A stretch of DNA of 64,000 nucleotides from Methanobacteriota archaeon (GTDB lineage: Bacteria; Myxococcota; UBA727; JABDBI01): the NCBI GenBank assembly GCA_013288705.1, contig JABDBI010000002.1, positions 880-64,879 of the forward strand, written 5' to 3'. Numbering within the stretch: the first letter of the stretch is position 1; each line of letters starts with the position of its first letter. The notes under the pieces were generated by a model, which did not search any database, was not told where the DNA came from, and saw nothing but the letters and a program-made list of their open reading frames with translations. A program made the position numbers and the translations under genes. Below are positions 35,876-45,754 of this stretch, one piece after another.

Positions 35876-35909
35876 CGCTAATAGCTACATTCAGGTTAAG
35901 GAGTAACCG

Positions 35910-36575
35910 ATGTGGCAAGCCATTGCAGAGCATTATCGGGCTGGTGGCGTTTGGATGTATCCAATTTCGCTGTTTCAGCTTTTCTCGTTCACTGTGATCG
36001 CAGAGCGTGTGTGGGTACTCTATTTTAAAACGCGCACAAACAAAGACCAGCTGCTGGGCACTCTTCGCGAACTGATTTTTCAAGGTGATCTGAGTGGATC
36101 CATCCGTTTTTTAGCTGATCAACCGAAAAATCCGCTCGCACGAATTTTGAAGGCCGGGCTTTTGCACACACGCTATGGCGAGGAAGAAGTTCAGGCCGCG
36201 ATGGACGAGGAATCTTTTCACACGCTTCCCTATTTGGAAAAAAGAACAGGCTATCTGGCGATGATTGCCAATGGCGCTACGCTTGCTGGCCTTCTTGGAA
36301 CCATTCTTGGCATGATCAAGGTGTTTGCAGGTGTGTCGCAAGTATCTGCTGCGGATAAAGCCGCCATGCTCTCGAACGGGATTGCGGAAGCGATGAATTG
36401 CACTGCCTATGGCCTTGTGACAGCGATACCACCATTGGTTATCTACGCTTTTCTGCAAGCGCGGATGCAACATATTACAGACGACATACAAGCAAGTGCT
36501 GCCAGCACCGTTAATTTTGTTTTACGGAACAAGGACAAGCTCGACACGTCTGCACTTTTGGAGCGCAACGCATGA
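35910..36575 (+). CDS. MotA/TolQ/ExbB-family proton channel
   Basis: LAGLLGTILGMIKVF...GIAEAMNCTAYGLVTAIP. Confidence 0.85.
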   Translation: MWQAIAEHYRAGGVWMYPISLFQLFSFTVIAERVWVLYFKTRTNKDQLLGTLRELIFQGDLSGSIRFLADQPKNPLARILKAGLLHTRYGEEEVQAAMDEESFHTLPYLEKRTGYLAMIANGATLAGLLGTILGMIKVFAGVSQVSAADKAAMLSNGIAEAMNCTAYGLVTAIPPLVIYAFLQARMQHITDDIQASAASTVNFVLRNKDKLDTSALLERNA

Positions 36576-37012
36576 GGGCTAGATCGTTGAGCGCGTTTGT
36601 CAATCTTGTGCCCTACATCGATCTGATGACGACCATCATCACGTTTTTGATGATGACGGCGATCTGGACGCAAATGGGGAGCATCGATGTGCAAAGCCAA
36701 GCAGCAGCATCTGCCGCGCCTGAGAACGAGCTGAAGGTAAAACCAGTCTTGGTGATGATCACTGCACAAGGGCTTATGGTTGGAGAGGAAGATGCCAAGC
36801 CGCAGACGTTGCTTAAAACGACCAATGGTGAATATGATTTGCCCGCGCTTAAGAACGCTCTTCTCCAATTAAAATCTTCTCACCCAGAACGTTTAGAGCT
36901 CGGTCTATTTGCGGCAGATGGCACTAAGTACCAGCAGATTGTACAAGTGATGGACGTTGCAACCGGGATTGGGCTCTCCCAAATTTCATTGCAACCACTG
37001 GCTACGAGTTGA
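36572..37012 (+). CDS. ExbD/TolR-family protein 1
   Basis: N-terminal TM with conserved Asp (PYIDLMTTIITFLM). Coupled to the preceding gene. Confidence 0.8.
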   Translation: MRARSLSAFVNLVPYIDLMTTIITFLMMTAIWTQMGSIDVQSQAAASAAPENELKVKPVLVMITAQGLMVGEEDAKPQTLLKTTNGEYDLPALKNALLQLKSSHPERLELGLFAADGTKYQQIVQVMDVATGIGLSQISLQPLATS

Positions 37013-37015
37013 GTG

Positions 37016-37525
37016 ATGGCAGTTCAGATTCGCTCCGTAAGACAATCCAAGCGTTTCCAGGCTATGAAGCTCCTTCGCTACCATCGCGATCGGTCAGTGG
37101 ATATGCATATCAATGTCACTGCTCTGGTCGATATGATGACCGTTCTCGTCATCTTTTTGCTCATGCAATTCAATGTTTCTGGTCAGATTTTGTTTATTTC
37201 GAAAGATCTTAGGGTGCCTAAGGCAGTGCACGTGCTGGAGATTGCGAAGGGACCTTTAATTGCGCTCACACGGGCCGGAGATTTGTACTTTGAGGGTCAG
37301 CTGACTAAGACAAAATTGACAGCGCCGACTGCTGCAAATAGGTGGGAAATCGCCGAGCTCGCAGATGCTTTACGCGCAAGTCATATGTCGGATGTAGTGA
37401 ACGTACAAATCGATCAAAACGTCGACTACAGCTTGATTAAACGTGTTTTGCACACATGTGAAAGTGCGGGCTACAGACGCATCCACCTGAGCGTGGGTGA
37501 TGGGCGCCAAGATAGAAAAATTTGA
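37016..37525 (+). CDS. ExbD/TolR-family protein 2
   Basis: INVTALVDMMTVLVIFLL. Adjacent GTG 37013 is an alternative start. Confidence 0.8.
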   Translation: MAVQIRSVRQSKRFQAMKLLRYHRDRSVDMHINVTALVDMMTVLVIFLLMQFNVSGQILFISKDLRVPKAVHVLEIAKGPLIALTRAGDLYFEGQLTKTKLTAPTAANRWEIAELADALRASHMSDVVNVQIDQNVDYSLIKRVLHTCESAGYRRIHLSVGDGRQDRKI

Positions 37526-37608
37526 AATCCGTTTGCAATCCAATTTCGTCTTGTGCGATTCTTCAACAGATGAATCGCATGACTAAGGTTTAAAGGCGAG
37601 AGGACGTT

Positions 37609-39108
37609 ATGAAACGCTTGGATAGTTCAGCAAATCGCATGCAGATGAAGCATGCAATCATTTTCGGTTTAGTTGCCTTGATGGTAGGTTCGTCTGCACG
37701 CGCGGCTGACCAGTCTACGACAACAACAACCAATACCAGCACACCCGCTGTCGAGGGGACTGGCTATATGCCTGACTTCCTTCGTGGCGAAGAAGGTCGA
37801 GGTGTTGGCATAACGGATGATGGGAAGACGCGCTTGCACCTTAGCTTAGATGCAGGCTTTGGCTACAACAGCAATCCCTATTCTCTCGCCAATGGGAATG
37901 AGGCGGCACCTGGTAGTGCCCCGATTAGAGGTGACATAGTCTTAAAGTTACGGCCCATCCTTTATCTCGCGGCACGCGGCAAAAAGATGTCCTTTGAGAT
38001 GGGCCTCGGAGCGGATTGGGCTGGATTTCCTGGAGCTCTTGGTGGGCCACGACAATTTGTGCTGTTCACTGGCCGAGCTTATGGTCGTGGAGAGGTTAAC
38101 CAGGGCGGCGTCGCGTCGCTGTTTTTGCGAGGCGATGTACTTGCAACTAGAGAGGTAGGGCAGTTGTACGTAGCCAACTTCACGCACATCCGTACCGAAG
38201 TTGATGTGGGCTCAACAATTCGTCCTGGCAGCGTAACGAAATTGGATTTGGATGCGCAGTTCGTCAAAGAAATTTGGCCGCAAGATTTATTCGGCTCGAC
38301 CCAAAATGGGCTTGCCGGCGCACCGCCGGCCAATGCGGCAGCTGCTGCCTTGGTAAATGCGAACCAAGTTGCAAACAACTTCAATAACACGGGTATCTAT
38401 GGACACGCAAGACTCAACTGGCGCGTGATGCCCAAGACATCCTTGTTTCTTGAAGGGAAGTCTGGCACGTTCACAACCCTATTAGACTCGGACCTCACGG
38501 AAGTTCCAGTATGGGTTACTGCGGGTGTGATCAGCGGTCTTGGCGGTAATGTGACTGGTACGCTGAGCGTTGGTTATGCTGACACATTTATGCAAGTTGG
38601 TAGCGCCACTCTGAAGCATGATAATATACCCGTTTCAGCCGAGGCCTCGTTGATCTGGGACGATCATCGTGGTTCACAACTTTCTGCCGGTGTGACGAGA
38701 CAGATGTCGCCAGTACCAGATTTTCTGGATGTATTTGCCAATACTGCCTATCTCTCCCTAAACGAAGACTTTGGCCACAATGTGACACTCGTGTTTGCGC
38801 CGAGCGCAAGTATTTATCAATTTGGTAGACCAGAGGCAGCCCGCAAGGCAGGCCTTGGCAGCCAGCGTATTGACTATAGTTTCGATGGGCGGGTTGAATT
38901 AGCCTATCATTTCAAGAAATGGCTTGCACTTGGTATTGCGGAGGCATTTACGGCGCGATGGACCAACGCGGATTTAACCGGAAATCCTGCCTTGCAAATT
39001 GCAAACGTTCCTGCGGGCGCTGCTGGCTTGATAGCCTCGGCGAGCGGTAATGTGCAGGCTCTGTTTAACCGCAGCGAAACACTGCTTGTTCTCAATATGA
39101 CCTACTAA
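37609..39108 (+). CDS. outer-membrane beta-barrel protein (Wzp-like candidate porin of the export cluster)
   Basis: Signal peptide ...FGLVALMVGSSARA/AD, alternating-strand composition, C-terminal LLVLNMTY (aromatic terminal residue). Confidence 0.65.
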   Translation: MKRLDSSANRMQMKHAIIFGLVALMVGSSARAADQSTTTTTNTSTPAVEGTGYMPDFLRGEEGRGVGITDDGKTRLHLSLDAGFGYNSNPYSLANGNEAAPGSAPIRGDIVLKLRPILYLAARGKKMSFEMGLGADWAGFPGALGGPRQFVLFTGRAYGRGEVNQGGVASLFLRGDVLATREVGQLYVANFTHIRTEVDVGSTIRPGSVTKLDLDAQFVKEIWPQDLFGSTQNGLAGAPPANAAAAALVNANQVANNFNNTGIYGHARLNWRVMPKTSLFLEGKSGTFTTLLDSDLTEVPVWVTAGVISGLGGNVTGTLSVGYADTFMQVGSATLKHDNIPVSAEASLIWDDHRGSQLSAGVTRQMSPVPDFLDVFANTAYLSLNEDFGHNVTLVFAPSASIYQFGRPEAARKAGLGSQRIDYSFDGRVELAYHFKKWLALGIAEAFTARWTNADLTGNPALQIANVPAGAAGLIASASGNVQALFNRSETLLVLNMTY

Positions 39109-39131
39109 TAGTCAAACCAAATGCGATTGAC

Positions 39132-39167
39132 GATCGCCCTTCGAACCTTCGAGGGGCGATTTTTTTT
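39132..39167 (+). terminator. rho-independent terminator
   Basis: gatcgccct-tcgaaccttcg-aggggcgat stem followed by T8. Confidence 0.7.
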
Positions 39168-39203
39168 GAACGGATCATTTTACTGCTGCGACTTTACAAC
39201 ACC

Positions 39204-39809
39204 ATGAAAAACCATTCTCTATCATTTTTGTCGATGTGCTTGATGGCCTTCGCCGTGTTCGTGGCAGGGTGTACGCATGTTCCCGTGAACTCCGCTGCCG
39301 TGGTGCCACCAAAGGAAAGCGCGGCCGTGCTTGGTGAGGGTGATGTGATCGAAGTCCGTGTGTTTGACGAGCTGGAGCTATCTGGCACGCACCAGATCAA
39401 TTCAGGTGGAACAATTCGTCTTCCTTTAGCGGGAACGTTTAAGATTGGTGGCCTCACACCAGAAGAAGCTGCGTCAAAAATCGGCGCAGAGTACGAGAAG
39501 AAGTATCTGAAACACGCACAAGTCACGGTGTTTGTCCAAGAGTTCAACTCGCGCAAAGTCATTGTCCTTGGCGAAGTCAAAAATCCTGGTCCCTATCCAT
39601 TTGAAGAAAACATGACGGTTATCGGCGCTATCGCACGAGCGGGAGGTACAAATACCACTGGCGCTCCAAATCGAACAATGGTGACCAGAGAAATTGGCGG
39701 CAAGCCTGTCCGGATGACAGCGAAGGTGGCAGACATTGGCCGCGGTGAAGCGCCCGATATATCGCTGCAGCCCGGTGATATTGTCTTTGTTCCAGAGAGC
39801 TTCTTCTAG
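39204..39809 (+). CDS. short outer-membrane polysaccharide export (OPX, Wza-like) lipoprotein
   Basis: Lipobox FVAGC. PES domain GDVIEVRVFDELELSGTHQINSGGTIRLPLAG. One SLBB domain. Only 201 aa, so no C-terminal membrane-spanning helix. Confidence 0.85.
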   Translation: MKNHSLSFLSMCLMAFAVFVAGCTHVPVNSAAVVPPKESAAVLGEGDVIEVRVFDELELSGTHQINSGGTIRLPLAGTFKIGGLTPEEAASKIGAEYEKKYLKHAQVTVFVQEFNSRKVIVLGEVKNPGPYPFEENMTVIGAIARAGGTNTTGAPNRTMVTREIGGKPVRMTAKVADIGRGEAPDISLQPGDIVFVPESFF

Positions 39810-39858
39810 TCCTTCACTTGAGAATTTCGAGAATGGCATTTTTTAAAAGGCGGCTTTC

Positions 39859-42120
39859 ATGAGCACTGTTGACAAATTAAACAAGCAAACATCTGGCGCC
39901 ACCGCTGCGCGGCAAGGAATCAGCAAAGACTTGATGGAAGTAGGGCAAGTCGTTGAAGCCATTCGCAAGCGATGGCCATTGGTTGTCGCGGTGATAACCG
40001 CTGTTTTGGCTTTAGGCGTGATTTACACCCTGCGGGCTCCAAAGCTCTATCAGGCTATCGTATCCATCGTGATATCTCGAAATGCGCCACAGGTTTTGAC
40101 TGGCGTCCAAGAGTTGACTCCAATGGGTAGCGGAGCCTATTGGGATGAGGCGTTTCTCCAAACCGAATACAAAATTATTGGCAGCCGCACCGTAGCCCTG
40201 CGAGCGGCGAAAAAACTCAATCTTCTCATGGATGATCGCCATAATGGTTTGGATAAAATCCAAGATCCAAAGCTGAGAGAGGAAAAGAGAAAATCCTTAG
40301 ACGTTGCCAAATTAATTGAAGACAGCGTTGAAATTGTTCCTGTCAAGCGATCTCAGTTGGTGACCCTAGAGGTTGTCAATTCTGACGCGAAGTTTGCAGC
40401 GGCATTGGCGAACGCAATGGCCACCAGCTATATGGAATACAACGTCGAGAAACGCATGAGTGGTACTGCTGAGGCAAGCACATGGCTGTCTGTGCAGCAC
40501 GAAGATCTCAAGAAAAAATTGGCCAGCTCGGAAGATGACTTGTATGCGTTCATGGCCAAGAAAGGCATCTTAAATGCCAGCCTAGAAAGTCAGATGGATG
40601 AGGTCAAAAGTCGGCTGACGCAGTTTATTGGCAAACTCGCAGAAGTGCAGGCCCAGCGCATTGCGGGCCAAGTCAATGGAGAAGCACTGAAGCGCGTTTA
40701 TGATGATCCGGGCGTACTGGATTCCTTGACCGACGTGCAGAATGCATTGGTCATCAACACGATGAAAGGGAAGCTGATGGAGGCGATGGCGATGCATTCG
40801 GATCTCGCATCCAAGTATCTGCCGGATCATCCGAAGATGGTGGGGTTGCAAGATCAAATTGCATCTTTACAGAGAAGCCTAAAAAAAGAAGTGGATGCGA
40901 CGATTAAGCGACTTGAGCGTGATCAGATTTCACTCGCAAAGACTGAGGAAGGATTAAATGCAGCGGTGTCGCGGGAGAGATCTCGAGAAGCGGCGATGAA
41001 CAGGCTTGGGCTGGAGTACGGTCGACTAAAACGAGACGTTGAGACGAACTCCAAACTCTATGAGATGGTGACCACGCGATTAAAAGAAATCGGCCTAACA
41101 GGCATGATGCAGATTAACAACGTGCATCTCTTGGATACGGCTGAGGTGCCGCGAAAGCCCTATAGGCCAAGTTGGCCCCGCAATTTGGGTCTGTCGCTGC
41201 TCGTTGGTCTATTGTTGAGTCTCGGCCTTGCCTGGTTACTCGAGATGCTTGACACCTCACTGAAGACGCAAGACGAGGTGGAAAAATTCCTTGGCCTGCC
41301 ATTCCTCGGTGTGATGCCGATTATCCAGCCTTCGACTGCTTCTAAATCAAAGGCAGGCACTAAGTCCAAGCGCGCCGATAACGAGTCTATACGTGAGCGC
41401 GATCTCTATGTGCTGCATAATCCAAAGAGCATGGCAGCAGAATGTTCGCGTGCTATTCGTACAAATCTTCTCTTTATGAGTCCAGATAATCCGTTAAAAA
41501 CTTTTATCATCACTTCTGCCATGCCTCGAGAGGGTAAGACAACGACGGCCGTCAATTTGGCAGCGACAATGGCGCAAACGGGAAGCAGAGTTTTGATTGT
41601 CGATACGGATTTGAGAAAGCCGCGAATTCATAAGAGCTTTGGGTTGCCCAATGATGTCGGTGTCTCCAGCATTATTGTTGGCGAGACCAGATTAGAAGAT
41701 GCGATTCGACACAGTGAGTTGCCTGGATTGGATGTTTTAACCTGCGGCCCCATTCCGCCAAATCCCGCCGAGTTGCTTCATACGGCGAAGTTCCAGGAGC
41801 TTTTGACACTGCTGAAAAGCAAATACGATAAGGTTATTTTTGATGCTCCGCCAGTGGGTGCCGTCACAGATCCAGTGATTCTCGGTACTCAAGTTGATGG
41901 TGTTATTCTCATTGCCAAGACTGGATATACTGCTAGAGAAATGGTTGTCCATGCTGTGCGAACCTTGGAAGATGCGAGGGTGCATTTGCTCGGGGTGATT
42001 CTAAATGACATGGATATTTCCGCTAAGAAGTACGGGTACTACTATGGCAAATATTATCGCTACGGTCGTTACTACGGTCAGTACGGAGAAACCACTGGAG
42101 CAGGTCAGAAAGCCAGCTAA
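39859..42120 (+). CDS. polysaccharide co-polymerase / BY-kinase (Wzc/GumC-like tyrosine autokinase)
   Basis: Wzz-type periplasmic coiled-coil region. Walker A SAMPREGKTT. VLIVDTDLRKP. Walker B VIFDAPPV. Tyr-rich tail KKYGYYYGKYYRYGRYYGQYG. Confidence 0.9.
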   Translation: MSTVDKLNKQTSGATAARQGISKDLMEVGQVVEAIRKRWPLVVAVITAVLALGVIYTLRAPKLYQAIVSIVISRNAPQVLTGVQELTPMGSGAYWDEAFLQTEYKIIGSRTVALRAAKKLNLLMDDRHNGLDKIQDPKLREEKRKSLDVAKLIEDSVEIVPVKRSQLVTLEVVNSDAKFAAALANAMATSYMEYNVEKRMSGTAEASTWLSVQHEDLKKKLASSEDDLYAFMAKKGILNASLESQMDEVKSRLTQFIGKLAEVQAQRIAGQVNGEALKRVYDDPGVLDSLTDVQNALVINTMKGKLMEAMAMHSDLASKYLPDHPKMVGLQDQIASLQRSLKKEVDATIKRLERDQISLAKTEEGLNAAVSRERSREAAMNRLGLEYGRLKRDVETNSKLYEMVTTRLKEIGLTGMMQINNVHLLDTAEVPRKPYRPSWPRNLGLSLLVGLLLSLGLAWLLEMLDTSLKTQDEVEKFLGLPFLGVMPIIQPSTASKSKAGTKSKRADNESIRERDLYVLHNPKSMAAECSRAIRTNLLFMSPDNPLKTFIITSAMPREGKTTTAVNLAATMAQTGSRVLIVDTDLRKPRIHKSFGLPNDVGVSSIIVGETRLEDAIRHSELPGLDVLTCGPIPPNPAELLHTAKFQELLTLLKSKYDKVIFDAPPVGAVTDPVILGTQVDGVILIAKTGYTAREMVVHAVRTLEDARVHLLGVILNDMDISAKKYGYYYGKYYRYGRYYGQYGETTGAGQKAS

Positions 42121-43745
42121 TTTGCTTCCTGCGGGGAAGCGATGCTAGAAATTGCCTGAAGCACCGTTGCCATCGACGGTGCTTCAATCATTGTGACTTC
42201 GCCAATTGCTTTTGGGATTACGAACCTCAGATTTTTGCCGACTCGTTTTTTATCATGGCCCATGGCGTTGAAAATAGCTTCCGCTGAAACCCTTTCCATT
42301 TGCGTGGGCAAGCCATATTGCTTGAGCACAGCACGAAGTCGAGCAGGAAGACCAGGGCTACATTGACCAAGGTTTAGAGCGAGTTCGCTCGCTGCAATGA
42401 GACCCAATGCGACAGCTTCGCCATGGGGTATTTTGTAATTGCTTACAAGTTCGATGGCATGTCCGAATGTATGACCCAAATTCAATTTGGCGCGCTTGCC
42501 AAGCTCAAGCGGATCTTCTTCGACGATGTGTGCTTTCACCAAGACCGCACGGTAGATCATTTCGCTTAAATCTTGGTTTTGTTTCTTTTCAAACATCTCA
42601 AACAGTTTGGGGTCGCCAATGATCCCATGTTTGATGGCTTCAGCAATGCCACAGTTGATTTCTCGCTGCGGAAGAGTTTCCAATGCGTTGGGATCGATGA
42701 ATACAGCTCGGGGCTGTTTAAAGGTTCCGACTAGATTCTTTCCTTCTGGCAGATCCACTCCATTTTTGCCACCGATGGAGGCATCCACCATAGAGAGCAA
42801 CGTCGTTGGAATTTGGATGTGGTCAATACCGCGCAAAAATGTTGCTGCAGCAAATCCGGCGATATCACTTGTGACGCCACCGCCAACTGAAATCATCGGG
42901 CAGTTACGCGTAATGCCATGCGCGAGAAATTGCTCGTAAATTTTCGCCACGCTTACGAGCGTTTTATATCTTTCACCATCGGCAATGATGCATAGTTTGG
43001 TGGCAAATCCGGCTGCCGCGAGACCCTTTTCTATCTCCACACCCGTTGCCTCCCACACTTTTTTGTTGGTGACGACCGCCACGTGGGTGGGGTTGTAGTG
43101 GAGCCAATGCATTGCTTTGCCAATGTCTTTGCGAAGGTCTTTGGCAATCACGACCGGGTAGGGGCCATCGGAGGTTTTGACGAAGAGCGTATTCTTGTGA
43201 CCAAAATGCACGTCTAATTCTGTGAGCTCCAAAATTTGACTAACCAGTGTTTCGGTAGACTTTTCGTCTGTTCCGATCTGATGAAAAATGCGCCGATAAG
43301 CAGTTTTGCGATCTTCGAGCAACTCGTGAATGGTTTGCAAACGATCGACATCGCGTGCAGGCAGAAGCGGTCGGCCGTTATGATTTCTCAGCCGCCCGAG
43401 TATGATCTCAGGTGCGGCGTTCAAACAAAAGACAGAGGTTGTTTGGGCAAACAAAGACAGATTCTTGCGCGCGAGCAGCGTTCCACCGCCGGTGGAGATC
43501 ACGAGATTGGTTTTTTGCGAGAGCTCATCACAGAGCTTAGCTTCCGCCTGACGAAAAGCGCTCTCGCCATCTTGCGCGAAAATATCAGCGACAGATTTTC
43601 CTGCCCGCTTCTCGATTTCTTGGTCAGTATCCAAAAACGCTCGACCAAGCCGACGTGCAAGCAACTGGCCTACAGCAGATTTGCCGGTGCCCATGAAGCC
43701 GGTCAAAACAATCGTGCGCTCGCCCACGCCTTCAAATCTGCTCAT
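42117..43745 (-). CDS. aroKB: bifunctional shikimate kinase / 3-dehydroquinate synthase
   Basis: N-terminal GFMGTGKSAVG P-loop (AroK), followed by the AroB core GGGVTSDIAGFAAATFLRGI and HGEAVALG. Confidence 0.9.
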   Translation of the reverse strand: MSRFEGVGERTIVLTGFMGTGKSAVGQLLARRLGRAFLDTDQEIEKRAGKSVADIFAQDGESAFRQAEAKLCDELSQKTNLVISTGGGTLLARKNLSLFAQTTSVFCLNAAPEIILGRLRNHNGRPLLPARDVDRLQTIHELLEDRKTAYRRIFHQIGTDEKSTETLVSQILELTELDVHFGHKNTLFVKTSDGPYPVVIAKDLRKDIGKAMHWLHYNPTHVAVVTNKKVWEATGVEIEKGLAAAGFATKLCIIADGERYKTLVSVAKIYEQFLAHGITRNCPMISVGGGVTSDIAGFAAATFLRGIDHIQIPTTLLSMVDASIGGKNGVDLPEGKNLVGTFKQPRAVFIDPNALETLPQREINCGIAEAIKHGIIGDPKLFEMFEKKQNQDLSEMIYRAVLVKAHIVEEDPLELGKRAKLNLGHTFGHAIELVSNYKIPHGEAVALGLIAASELALNLGQCSPGLPARLRAVLKQYGLPTQMERVSAEAIFNAMGHDKKRVGKNLRFVIPKAIGEVTMIEAPSMATVLQAISSIASPQEAN

Positions 43746-44931
43746 ACTGGAACCGCCAAGGCTGATTGGTAAGATGCACATCAGATAGACGGTTTTGCCG
43801 GAGCATCTCAAATCTCGGCACCATCTCGTCGTAGCTATCACCACCCAGCTTTTCAAGCAGCGCATTGGCAAGCACGTACGCCATCATGGCCTCGCCGATT
43901 GGCACCGCCCGAGGAACTGCACAAAAGTCGCTACGCTCATAGGTCGTCTTACTGGCTTTGCCTTTTGCCATATCCACACTGTCGAGCGGGTTAAGCGTCG
44001 TGCTAATCGGTTTCATGGCAATGCGTGCCACGATTGGCATGCCGTTTGAAATACCACCCTCGAGGCCAGCCCCCCGATTGGTTTTGCGAAAAAGACTACC
44101 GTCTTTGTCTATAAAAATCTCATCGTGGACTTTGGTTCCGCGCTGCTCTGCATTGCGAAACGCATGACCAAGTTCCATGCCTTTCATGGCCGGTATGCTC
44201 AACATGGCCATGGCAATTTGCCCGTCGAGGCGCCTATCCCAATGCGCATAGGTCCCAAGGCCAACCGGGACACCGAGGGCGACAATTTCAAATATTCCAC
44301 CCAGAGTATCTTTGTCTTTCATGCAACGATGAATTTCTTCCCGCACTGAGTCTTCAAAAGATTCATCGGGGATGGCAAACTCATTTGCACGCGCGATATC
44401 AAAGCGCTTCACAAAGTCAGCACGATCGGAAAGCTCATTGAGCTTAATTTTGATCGGACCAATTTGGGTGACGTAGCCACCGATAGTCAAACCGAAAGGT
44501 TCGAGAATCTGTTTGCAAAGGCTGCCCGCGCACACGCGCATGGTGGTTTCCCGTGCGCTCGCACGCTCGAGGCTGAGGCGCAGATCTCGATGCCCATACT
44601 TAAGCGCTCCGGTAAGATCCGCATGGCCGGGTCGCGGCGTTGTCATTGGCTCAATCGCCTTATCTTGCCAACTCTTGTAATCAGCGTTGGTAATTTCCAT
44701 GGCGATCGGAGCGCCCGTGGTAAGCCCTTGTGCGACTCCGGATGAAATGTGCACTTCATCTCGTTCAATCTTCATTCGCCCGCCGCGCCCGAAGCCTTGT
44801 TGGCGTCGCGCTAGATCGGCGTTGATGGTTTTGGTGTTGATAGCGAATCCCGCGGGAGCACCCTCGAGAATTGCTGTGAGCTTGGGGCCATGGCTCTCCC
44901 CGGCGGTTAATAGGCGCAAACGACTAAACAT
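43732..44931 (-). CDS. aroC: chorismate synthase
   Basis: MFSRLRLLTAGESHGPKL, GRSSARETT-like ERASARETTMRV. Confidence 0.95.
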   Translation of the reverse strand: MFSRLRLLTAGESHGPKLTAILEGAPAGFAINTKTINADLARRQQGFGRGGRMKIERDEVHISSGVAQGLTTGAPIAMEITNADYKSWQDKAIEPMTTPRPGHADLTGALKYGHRDLRLSLERASARETTMRVCAGSLCKQILEPFGLTIGGYVTQIGPIKIKLNELSDRADFVKRFDIARANEFAIPDESFEDSVREEIHRCMKDKDTLGGIFEIVALGVPVGLGTYAHWDRRLDGQIAMAMLSIPAMKGMELGHAFRNAEQRGTKVHDEIFIDKDGSLFRKTNRGAGLEGGISNGMPIVARIAMKPISTTLNPLDSVDMAKGKASKTTYERSDFCAVPRAVPIGEAMMAYVLANALLEKLGGDSYDEMVPRFEMLRQNRLSDVHLTNQPWRFQYEQI

Positions 44932-45754
44932 TGAGGGCCTCCTCAGCCGCACTCTTCATAATCTCGATCGGAGCTTTTTCGCCCGTCCACATTTCGAAGG
45001 CAAGCGCACCTTGATGCACCAACATACCGAGTCCGCTAATTGCGCGAGCACCATCCGCTTCTGCTTTCTTAAACAAAGCTGTTTTGGGTGGGTTGTAGAT
45101 TAAGTCATAGACAATCTGTTGCTGGTTGAACGAAATGCTCGGATCCCACGGAAGTGCATCGCTCTCGTTCAAGCCGAGCGATGTGCAATTGACAATCAAG
45201 CCCGCTCTTGAGGGCTTGTTGTTGGTGATGACGGCATCAGCAAAGAGTATTTTCATGTCATCGATGATTTGCTGTGCTCTTTCTTTGCTTCGATTAATAA
45301 TATTTAGACTGGTACACCCGGCCTCGAGTAGCCCATAGACAATCGCTCGAGCAGAACCGCCCGCTCCGAGCACCGTCGCTTGAGTTTGCTCTGGCACAAT
45401 ATTGTGAATGCGAAGGTCGCTAATAAACCCGGGGGCATCGGTGTTGTCTCCGAACAGCGTTTTGTCGCCTTTGACCAAAATGGTATTCACTGCTCCAATG
45501 TTATTTGCGCGTTCACTGAGACGATCCAATAGCGGCATGACTGCTTCTTTATAGGGCACCGTGACATTAGCGCCTCGAAAGTGATGATAGTGTAGGTTAG
45601 CGATAGTATTTTCCAAATGGCTCGAATGTTCCGTGGAGACGGGCATGCGCAAATAGTTCCAATCGAGGCCGCAGTGCTTAAAAGCAGCATTCATCATCGC
45701 AGGACTGAGGCTGTGACTCACAGGCCATCCGATCACGCCGGCTAGTTTCGTCAT
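44924..45754 (-). CDS. aroE: shikimate dehydrogenase
   Basis: VIGWPVSHSLSPAMMNAAF, NVTVPYK, LGAGGSARA. Confidence 0.9.
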   Translation of the reverse strand: MTKLAGVIGWPVSHSLSPAMMNAAFKHCGLDWNYLRMPVSTEHSSHLENTIANLHYHHFRGANVTVPYKEAVMPLLDRLSERANNIGAVNTILVKGDKTLFGDNTDAPGFISDLRIHNIVPEQTQATVLGAGGSARAIVYGLLEAGCTSLNIINRSKERAQQIIDDMKILFADAVITNNKPSRAGLIVNCTSLGLNESDALPWDPSISFNQQQIVYDLIYNPPKTALFKKAEADGARAISGLGMLVHQGALAFEMWTGEKAPIEIMKSAAEEALNV

